DNA of 41,817 nt from Raillietiella orientalis. Lineage: Eukaryota. The notes beneath the pieces are model-generated. The model saw only the letters and a list, made by a program, of their open reading frames with translations, ran no database searches and was not told the DNA's origin. The DNA is taken from assembly GCA_036172245.1 (NCBI GenBank), contig JAYWIR010000010.1, positions 4,960,001 to 5,001,817 of the forward strand. Reading direction: 5' to 3'. Positions 1-8,863 of the stretch are shown here, piece by piece (position 1 is the first letter of the stretch; each line of letters starts with the position of its first letter). A program made the position numbers and the translations under genes.

Positions 1-983
1 CGTTTGCTTGCAGGAAACTGGGCACGCGGGCGAATAGCAAGCAGACGGGCCCGGAGTAACGGCGGCGGTTGCTGTACTGCTTCTGTAACAATTTCTGCCT
101 CCAGGAAACAGTCGTGCATCGTGGCAAGGGAGCTGAGCCTGGATTGAAGCTCCCACGCGGCAATGATGCCTGAGGGAGCTTCTTGGGCAGCAGCATGCCA
201 AGAAGGTGGAAGGTCTCGTGAGAGTTCAACTCCAGGAAGAAAGACTTGGGTGGTTGATCTACAGCGAGCTCGCAGGTACCAAGTGCCCTACGTCTACGCA
301 GCCGCGAGCTCTTGGCTATTCCCCAAAGAGACTACCGATGCTCCCCAGTCCTCCTGAGAACACTTACATCTTACCTTTTGGTTTCGTATTCGGCGATTCT
401 GCTGTTGCACTGGGGTTGTTTCTCTTCAAAGCCCCTCCGACTTCACTGGACCCGGGTTGTGTGGGAGCCCCAACTAGAGCCGGCACGGAGAGCGCGGATC
501 CGCCCGCAGCTGAATGCGGATTCTGTGGCTCTCAGGCTTCCTGATGGTTAAACTTTGTTGTGCCCACCCTTGGGATACCGGGGACAATTGCAGGGGCGTT
601 TGGAAGTGATGCATCTACCGCCAGCCGCGTCCCTAGCAGCTCATTGCGGCTAGAGCCGGATCGTGGCGGCCTGCAGCGACGCCTGGGAGACACGGACGCG
701 CCATCGTTCCGCGTGGCCATTTGCTTCCCATGAAAAGCATTAAGATGGTCGCAGCTGGGAAGCGTTCAGCAACACCCCGCCGGCAACTTAGGAAACATGC
801 AGAGCAACAGGCAGCGATCCCTTCCAAGCGTCTTCCCCCCATTTCTTCCTATTTGCTTTTTCATTTTGTTCCCGTTCTTGCTTGTCCTTCTGCAATTCTG
901 CTGCGGACCAGCGAACCTGGCGAGTCTGCGCACATCCTTCGCGGCAATCCTTCCAACACCTCTGTCAATTCATTTTTCACAAT
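1..983 (-). repeat. Inverted copy of part of the array unit (equivalent to 8864-9834), running off the left edge
   Basis: The reverse complement of 1-983 matches 8864-9834 and the equivalent segments of later units. For example, ORF 163..357(+) matches 9478..9672(-). Similarity stops at cacaat (978-983), which corresponds to attgtg at 8864. Confidence 0.96.
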
Positions 984-1790
984 CAACGCCCCGGAGCACC
1001 TTCGGATAACAAGCAAGCTTTCGAATATGCAGGAAAGTTTCTCTTTGTGATATGTGGGATGCGGCCTTCTCGTGGTGCAACTCAGATGATGTTGCCGTCC
1101 CTGTTCTGCTTTATTCCGGCGTAGCTTTTCTTTTCTTCGCAACAGCTCTGTGTAGGCGAAACAGAGCTGCAAATGTCGGGGCAGGCGACTCTGCACCAAG
1201 CGTGAGAGCGCGTCTCACCATGTCCTTGCAGATGTCCTTTGGCGATTGCAGAATGCACCCAACATGCCCTCCAGGGCAACATAATGGAACAACGGGTGTA
1301 GGAACGCTTACCTTTCAGCTGACCGAACGGCCCACCATGGTGGAGAAGAACTTTCTGCTATTGATGGTGGTGGATCCGTTCGGAAGTCGTTGAGCGATTC
1401 CTGCATTCATGCACGTGAGTTCAGCGAATTTCCCATTTGCTGACTGTCACCATACCTTCAAACACTTTTTTTGCAAACTTGTTACATTGCAACTTGCGAA
1501 AGAGTGAACCCCGGATGGATATTGGTCCTCCTGGCATATCATCCGTGGAGTGGCGTGAGATTAGGTGTCCTCCTTCGTTTTGGCTACAGCATCGTGAGAG
1601 GGTTTCGCGGCAAACAACTGGTTGTTCCTCTGAATGTGTCCATCTCAGCGGAACTTTGGTAATACTGCCCCAGAAGGAGGCTGAGTGGGTTTTCGAATGC
1701 AGAATTCTCTTTCCGAAAGAGATCACCATGCAAAACGCTTTTCTGCTCCTTCTTCTTGGCTTTCGCTTGCCCTCTCCTCACCCGCAAGGC
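1..1790 (-). pseudogene. Duox: Duox-like pseudogene, EF-hand region reading leftward into the transmembrane region (no peroxidase domain in this window)
   Basis: Minus-strand peptides are collinear with insect Duox as I recall it: AKAKKKEQKSVLHGDLFRK ~ AKAETRERRQKRLEHFFRE; NKFAKKVFE ~ DMFVRKMFN; NGSTTINSRKFFSTMV ~ DGRISFQEFLETVV; GALIVKNELTEVLEGL ~ NGVIDKGELSEMMRSL. There is a GT..AG intron at 1455-1401 and further donor-like sites at 1311 and 1218. Frame changes and a stop are present. Confidence 0.6.
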
Positions 1791-1842
1791 CACTTGAGGC
1801 ATGAAGAATTCTGACATGGAGGTCTCCGCGAGACACGGAGTT

Positions 1843-2080
1843 CTAACCAGGGTATGCCGGGGCATTTATTTTACCATGTTTTTTTACAGAAAGCCTATTG
1901 ATAGGCTTTTCGATGCAAATGCTTATCGATGCTGGCCTATTATCAGGCTTTTCGTTTGTCGGTGCATTAGGAAATTTGCTAATGATTTTGTACTTCTATA
2001 TCATGTTTTTGTCATATATTATATATTATATGACAATATAATAAAGGTGGAAATAGGCACTTACGAACCCACGGAATAGC
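1843..2080. other. AT-rich island with two short hairpins (possible transposon fragment)
   Basis: Sharp drop in GC relative to the flanks. Inverted repeats: aaagcctat (1890-1898) / ataggcttt (1901-1909) and ttgtcatata (2009-2018) / tatatgacaa (2027-2036). A transposon origin is inference only. Confidence 0.4.
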
Positions 2081-2129
2081 TAAGAGTCGGTTGTTAGTGA
2101 GTGGCGACCTAAAACGTGGGCGGTGAATG

Positions 2130-2900
2130 GTGTTAATAAAAGGAAACAGCTACAGAGAAGTTGGAGAGGGGCTACACCCAGAGCCTTTCGTCGGCAGCCT
2201 GGCGGGTAACCGATTCGCAGACCGGTGAGGTCACCACGGCAGCCGAGGGGAGGAAGACGAACAAAAAGAAAAGAAACCAAAAATTCGATAAGGAAATTTG
2301 GGAGGAAAGGGCGGGATGGGATCACTGTCTGCTAGAGGCGGTCCTTGCATCCTCTGTAGGATTCCGGCACAATCTCGCTGCATGGAGATGGAAACTGATG
2401 GGGCCATCTCCTTCCCATCCTCAATACTCGCACGTAAAAGTGGATGCCATCCTTTAGCAACGTTCCACGCAGTGACGATTCCGCGTAGGCAGCATGGTGG
2501 GGGTAGCGAGGCAGCCACACAAAGTGCTTGCCGAACGAGATGCGCTTTTCGAGCTTCCTTGGACCTGCCGACGCAGGTTGTTACTAGGGTCGCGGCAAGG
2601 CGTTCCGAGATAGGCTGGAGGGCAATACAGTCCACCAGCAACTGCAGGAGGGATTCCGATCCCCGCACCTCCACAGCTGAGGTCCCTACACGCCCTAGTC
2701 CAGTGATGCCGGCGAGAGCTGGACGGGAGAGGCCCCACTGCAACAGCATCAGCGCGGTCTCCAGCCACTTCAGTGTGTGGGTGCGTCTGTCCAAAAGCTC
2801 TGAGCAACACTGCACATCTTCTCCCTCCGGAATACTCGGTAGACCGCTCCAGTACAAAGCGAAAGAATGCAAATCCGAAGGATTTCTTCGCACGACCTCA
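2130..2900 (-). mobile_element. Decayed 3' end of a non-LTR retrotransposon (LINE): eroded C-terminal CCHC knuckle plus pyrimidine-rich 3' UTR
   Basis: ORF 2231..2893(-) contains SAVEVRGSESLLQLLVDCIALQPISERLAATL. This resembles the C-x2-CG-x-EET-x-EHLLxxC-x6-R-x2-LxxxL terminus of RNase H-containing arthropod LINEs. It is followed on the minus strand by a CT-rich tract and an accgg...ggtta motif like those I recall from tick LINE 3' UTRs. Boundaries are approximate. Confidence 0.55.
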
Positions 2901-3087
2901 TTCCTTTGAATAGAAACACCGATTTCGGAAGCATGGCATGTGTTTCCAGGATCAGCGAATTCACGAATCTCCCGTGCAGATCACCAGGAAGAGCGAAGAA
3001 CGCTTTCCGTGTAAGACTTTTGCATGCAACCCTGCTGCAGCGTGAGTGTAGGCAACTGTCCACTAAAGCAGAAAGCGCTGCCGCAAG

Positions 3088-3991
3088 AATTGTCGTCTCG
3101 AGCAACCGCCCGAGACTCCAGCTGGTGGAGGGTTGCGAAGATAAGGCCTCCTTACGATGAGCGCATCTAACGAAAAGCGGCCAGGCGTGAAGAAGCGGCG
3201 CATCCCAATTCTTGGGCTGTCCCCCTGGAGCAGGAGCACGGATTCCACCTTCTTTGCAGTGGAGGAAAAGATGCGCGAGCGTTTCCGCACCAGTCTTTGA
3301 AGACGCAACTCCCCCGCAGACGATGCTTGCGCTCTGGTTGCAATGCAAGCTAACCCATGCGCCATCGGAGCGGGACCACACGCACTCGTCCACGCACGAA
3401 CGAGAGTCCACAAGTTGTTCTGGTGGCACACTGAAGAGTTCACAGCAGCGAAGGACTGCTTTGGGAACATGGCCAGGCGTGGCACCTACTGCCGGACTCC
3501 AGTCGCCCATGGGACGAGTTGATCGTGCGTTCGGCAGGGCGCCCTCACATCCCGCCGGTAGGCAACTGTCCACTAAAGCAGAAAGCGCTGCCGCAAGGGG
3601 CGTGGAGAGCCCACTTGTGCTGGTCCTGCAGCACGTCCTCCACTGGACACGATGGGGAAAGGTGCACGCGCAACCAAGTTCCAAAACGACCACTTGCCTC
3701 GCGACGGTACGGCCGCGTGTCCCGGTTCGTCGGGCGGCAGGGGAATCAAGAGTGGGCTGCCAGGGACGAGCACGAGCTGCCCGAAGGGGAGCTCAAGAAG
3801 CCTCTCGTGGTGGCGCGCTGGGCATGCGGCAGCAACGAAAGCAGCAACTGGGGATGACCGAGAGCTTCAGGAAAACTCTTCATGAGCTCGTACACCGAGT
3901 GGATTCGCAGTACTCGTACATGCCGTGCATCAACGAACGTTTCTTGGAACAGGTGCTTGGAGAACGCAAAATGAGGTGCCTTTCAAGTTGA
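3088..3991 (+). pseudogene. Duox: Duox-like pseudogene, NADPH-binding C-terminal remnant (truncated at the array start)
   Basis: Collinear motifs in changing frames: RPRLQLVEG ~ QPKIRIEG; ILGLSPWSR ~ GIGVTPYAS; RVHKLFWW ~ KKVYFLW; LVLVLQH(V/F)LH ~ IHIFITQFFH; SSKTT ~ LSKTS; FVGRQ ~ HFGRP; ARWACGS ~ GVFSCGP; INERF ~ HFENF. In-frame TGA at 3158-3160. Confidence 0.6.
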
Positions 3992-5122
3992 GTGTTGAGT
4001 GTCCCTTCACGGATGCGTTTCGCGAAACTCCAAGCCGTGCACGCGCCACCATCCCGCTCACCAGCCTGCTTGCTGTTGTCGCACGCAACAAGCAGAGCAT
4101 GCGCCAACGAACCGCGTCTTTGAGGCAAGCGCGCGTTCCACGCCGCTGTTGGTTTTCGATGCATCTCCGACGCCTATTCCGTCCTTCGCGATTCGCCCAA
4201 CGGGCGTGACCTTACCCGCTGATCCCGACGCTCGTACGGGATGTACGGGAAGGGCCGGTGCACAAGTGCGAGGATATTCCCGGGAACGGAACGCGCACGC
4301 CTTGGATGGTCACAACGTACAAACGACGAAAGACTGCCGCTAGACGGGACGAGAAAAGAGGAAAGCGACGAACGGGCCGAATTGTTCGCGAGAATGGGGA
4401 ACAGCGAAGATCGAGCCAAAGTGGGAGCGTGGGCGTGCGAGAAACGCTCCCGTTTCCCTTCCTTCGCACTTTTCTGCGCATGAGCGTGCACCGAACCAGG
4501 ATGAAGTGGCACTCGCCAAAGGCATTGCTCGAGCGTCGGTCGTGTGACGTGGGCGCGGCCACCTCTCACTTCGACAACGATTCCCGTTGCTTAGCAAAGG
4601 AGATTTTTCCTGACGGAAGAATTTGCTGTGAGCTGCTTGCGAATTCGGTTGTCGGATCGACTCGCGCATTTCGTGGAAGAGATCGCAACTCGGAGTATCG
4701 TACTGCTGCGTAATCCAGCGCTTATCTACTTGTGCGTCTACTTGTGAATTCGGAAGTTCGTAGCGGATAGCGAATCCATCCCAACCGGAAGTAATTCGCA
4801 TCCCTGCGAATCCGGAACTTCGGATTCGGTTCCGAAACCAAACGGAAAGCGAGTCTTGTCGCTCGTGACCCCGGAAAAAACACATCTCGCCTATCCTGCC
4901 GCCGAGGTATCCAGGAAGGATTACCGTACTGCCAACGTAGAAAAGCCAGTGGCTGTAAGGTAGCAGGAAAGGAAAGCAGATCTAGAAACAAAGCTGAGCA
5001 CCGGTAAGATGAATGCGAGGTCCGTGAGAATGTGGGAAATCAATCCTGTGGTGCACGTGTGACGCAGGAAGTGATTCGTGGCTTGTGCACGACTTCCAGG
5101 TCGAGTCCCTCGCAATTGGGAG

Positions 5123-8098
5123 ATGTGCTCAGCCTGGATTGGCATGTCTTCCTTGCGTATCGGGAAGGAGGAGTCCGAATCGCCGAAGCAAAAAGCTTCG
5201 TTTCGGACCGCAGACACTGAGAGTGTGTACGCGAAGGCATCCTCTGCTACCGTGTCTTCTCCGAGAATCCAGAAGCAAACGGAAGAGGAGTGGCCACCGG
5301 AAAGCAGCAGTGAGACTTCCCGCACGGAACCAAGCCGAAGAGATGGCTTTGGTTCAGCTGGAAGAAAGGCAAGGGCAAGATGAACGGAGCGGAGGAAGCG
5401 GGGAGCGGACCAGCCGAGACAGTACCTGTTGCGAACGGCTGCCCGACTACCGACAAAAGCTGCAAGAAGCTCGTGAAAGCAACCTCGTTCTTCAAAAGCA
5501 ACCTCACTCCACAAGAGAAGCAGAGCAAGGAATGCAGAAAGAGGGGGAAAAAAGCCAGCAAGGTAGCACGGAAGCGAGACAAGAAACTGAAAGATGAACG
5601 GAAGAAGAAGAGAAACGAGGAGGAAAGACAGAAAGCGAAAGAGAAACGGGAGGAAGATCGGGAATGCAAGAAGAAATGCGGCAACAAACGGAATCGGTTC
5701 GTGCCGAAGAAGGTAGAAGTTCAGGAGCAACAGGAGACGAAGGAACGCGTGCCTGCGAATCGCAAAAGGCAAATGGTTCCGGGTGACGACAAGGAGGCGG
5801 CCGAAACGATTGCTTCCAAGCAGGAGCATGGAAACGGCGAACGAACGAAGACCACGAACGAAAAGGCGAAGAAAGGAAAAACGCTAGCTTGCTTCCGGTT
5901 CTCCAGGCACAGGGGAAGGAGAACCGGAGAAGATGCGACCCTGGCAACGTCCTTGCCCGGGAACGAACCTACGAAACGCGAAGTCTCGAGCAAACTGCGA
6001 GGCAAAGACGGAGGCGGCGACGTAGCCAGGGAGCAGGAAGAGCATTCCCTGCAGATGCTGCTCACGGAGCCGAAGCGGACCGAAGGAAACGACTGCCGCC
6101 ATTCCCGAGTCTGGGGAGCCGATGGCGCCGAACTGCCCTCGGCAGCTGTGGATGGGTGCGCAGGCACACATAGCCTCGAACTGCGAAGAAGAAAGCAGAC
6201 CTCTCCAGATGGGTGGCTGGTCAGCCGCAGCGTTCAGTGCGACTATGGAGATTATTGCCGAGAAGGTTGGTGGAACGGGTTCTGCTTTCCGGCCACTGCA
6301 CGCGCGTCTCCCTCCCTTCGGTGCCCCGGGTGGAGTTTGCGGATGCGCGTCGCTCGTTCTGCACGTTCGCGCACGAACGTACGCGTACGTGTGCGTGGCT
6401 CGTGTGGAGCTCGCAACGCGTTTGCATGCGTTTGGTCGAGAAACTTGCTTTTTCTTCGCTTGTGCGCGAAACAAGGAAGGACGGAAAAGAAGAAGAGCCG
6501 TTGCACGTGTTCTTGACCGGAAGCCGGTAGAAGGGGTGCGCATTTCGGGAAACTGCAGGCTTGTCTGGAAAGAGCGCCGCTGCGTTGCCTTCGGGAATTT
6601 CACAGGCGCGATTTGTTCTTCAAACTCTTTCCGGAACAAGGTGGCCATTTATCCGAGTGCAAGCGGCTGCGTGAGCATTTTGTCGAGCCGAACGTTTCGC
6701 AAGCAAGGCAATTGCACTTGGGATGCGAAGAAAAGGAATGATAATTTCCCTTCGCATGAACGTTTCGTGTGATGTGCTTCTCTCATGGCAGCGTTTCGAC
6801 GTGATGGCGGTGGCGGGAGCGGTGCGCTGACGGCTTGCCAGGCACGCGTGTTGCCACTCGCGTTGTCCGATCGGTTGGATGCATGAAAAATGCTAATGAG
6901 ACGCTTCTTGTTTTTCCCAAAGGGCAAATCGAGTCCGTGGTCCCGGCACTGGAATCCTTGATAACGCGATTGGAGATAGTAGCCACGGCGCTGGAAGCTG
7001 CGGCAACGGAGGCCGAACTTGGCGTGGAGCAGTCGGATGGCTTTGGTAATTGCGACTGTCCGCGTGCAATGGCTTGCTGCTTGCCCGCAAGTCCGATGTG
7101 CACGTCCGCGCTGCCTGGAATAGCCGAAATCGGCAGAGCGACGCGTGCAGCGAAGATGAGCTCGAGCAGCCAGTCTCGCTTTCTGTCGACCTAACACGGC
7201 TTGGCTCATCAGCTCACAACTCACGGGTTGCTAACAGCTCGCAATGGAGAAACAGCGTGCCTTCCATCGTCCAGAATGTCGATACCTTGTTTGCCGCTGT
7301 TTCCAGAGATCAGCAATCCGTGGCTCGAAGATTACGCCCGAATTGGGAAGGGATCTTTGGCCGTCTACCGCAATCTGTCGGCCAAGATCTCGGAAGCGGG
7401 TCGCAAAGCACTCGGACATGGTGCTGAAAGCATTCAAGTAAGCGCTTGGTGTTCATAAGGCCACGATGGAAGGTTCCCTCTCCTCGGTTTCTCCAGTTGC
7501 TAACCATCTTTCTTTCCTGTTGCAGGATCCAGGGGCGTTTGATGCAACTCATATGCTGCTCGCAGGAACCCGACGACTCGAAAGTGCTCGACCTCCTTCA
7601 ACCGCTTTCCGAGTGCATCGTGCAGATCGAGGCATTCGAGCAAAGTCAGCGCGACACCGAGACGCATGTTCACCTGTGTGTGATCAGCCAGAGTGTGGCA
7701 GCCATCCTTTGGGTGACCATGGTAGGTGTTCGGGCACGCATCCGCAAACTTTCTTTCCTTTTCGTAGAGCCCCTATCCCGCGGATGCTGTTGAAGATATG
7801 ATGTTTTTATGCCGACTCCCCGTGAAGCGCGTCCTCCAAGAATGGGAGGAAAAGTGAGTTTCCGGGTCGAAGGGAAGATCGGGAAAAGATGGTGCTTGCT
7901 CGTTTCTTTCAGCGATGATCATGTGTGTTGGGTGAAGTCATGGATGGCCGTATTGTCCGAGTTGCACAGTTTGGCGAAAACCCATCACACGACGTGGGTC
8001 CCATGGCACGCAAAAGGTGCCAGCGTTGAGGAGCACACCCCACCACAACCCCACCTCCACCCTTGCCGACCTCTTCCCACTCTCCTACGCCCCGGTGA
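5123..8098 (+). CDS. CAP: Chimeric gene, copy 1: basic/charged N-terminal region fused to the CAP (adenylyl cyclase-associated protein) N-terminal domain
   Basis: Predicted exons 5123-6265, 6923-7045, 7307-7437, 7526-7721, 7768-7853 and 7913-8098, all with GT..AG introns and compatible phases 1,1,2,0,2. CAP motifs: LESLITRLE (RLE motif), YRNLSAKISEA(V)RKHSDMVLKAF, LLQPLSECIVQIEAF, HLCVISQSVAAILWV, SPYP..VKRVLQEW, HVCWVKSW..LSELHSLAKTHHTT..W, then poly-Pro. This copy has private indels at ~5330 (-1), ~7405 (+1) and ~8040 (+11), which may be real or read errors. An alternative ATG lies at 5144. Confidence 0.8.
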
Positions 8099-8863
8099 CC
8101 CGGAAGGCCTGCTTTGCTTGCACGTTCGAATGCAGGCAAAGCAGTCACAATAAATACGTGTCGAATTTCGAATGATCTTTCAGTTCTTGGATGGTCCACG
8201 ACTGCCAAGTCGCCCATTCCACATTACCGAGAGTTCGGCACCATGCGACGGCACCAACCAAGTTGTGCAGAATGCTCAGCCACTTTTCAGCGTTGTTTTC
8301 ATTGTGCCTCGTTCCCTCGAATGCTCTGAATGAGGAAAACAAGCAGAAAAGAACCGCAAAAGATCAAAGTCGACTTCGACTGCATCCACTCAATTTTGGC
8401 ACACATTGGAATGGGACGCTCCTTTTTCGCTTCCAAATGCAACACGCACCCGGCGCCGTCCAGCGAGAGCCAACTCTCGTGAAACCACTGCTCTCCAAAG
8501 TAGCGAAGATGAAGTTTCAGCCACAGCGGATTCCACCCAAAGCTGACCAAGGCAGCAACAGTCAGAAGATTGGACGGACCCATATTGAGAATCCAAACCG
8601 GGCATGCCGTCCACCCATTTAGTACCAGCCGAACACATTTTCCACTTTTTCCTCACGAAAAGGGAACTCGTTCATCCCTTCGCCCCGCGGTGGGAAGACT
8701 ATGTCCACTGATAGTCAGACTTTTCGGATGACTCAAAATAGGAGATTGCGACTGATCTCGTTGTTTCTGCCTGAATGCCCTGTTCCCTGTTGCACGCAGC
8801 ATCCAGCTGCTAACCGGATTCGCTTCAGTCCTCACGATGTCGGTCGACTCGTGCCGACATGCC
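8099..8863 (+). pseudogene. Decayed C-terminal half of CAP (WH2 and possibly the start of CARP); repeated in units 1-4
   Basis: Directly after the TGA and in the same frame: PGRPALLARSNAGKAVT ~ CAP WH2 (RSALFAQINQGESIT). Weaker traces follow: ALNEENKQKRTAKDQSRLR ~ LKHVSDDMKTHKNPAL and TMSVDSCR ~ SITVDNCK. Canonical splice sites appear to be lost here. Confidence 0.45.

Noticed and set aside
1143..1169. 9-bp stem cagctctgt/acagagctg
   Set aside because: An isolated short hairpin in presumed intron sequence, plausible by chance; prokaryotic terminator logic does not apply here.
4921..5829. Long hydrophobic minus-strand ORFs (also 13444..14625, 21463..22710, 30469..31170, 38685..39584) that look like membrane proteins
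   Set aside because: They are antisense shadows of the AG-rich Lys/Glu exon, and their frames vary between copies.
7212..7306. Upstream acceptors for CAP exon 3 at 7212 and 7237
   Set aside because: 7212 gives the wrong frame. 7237 is in frame but lacks a pyrimidine tract. The site tttccag|7307 fits both phase and homology better, although 7237 remains possible for copy 2.
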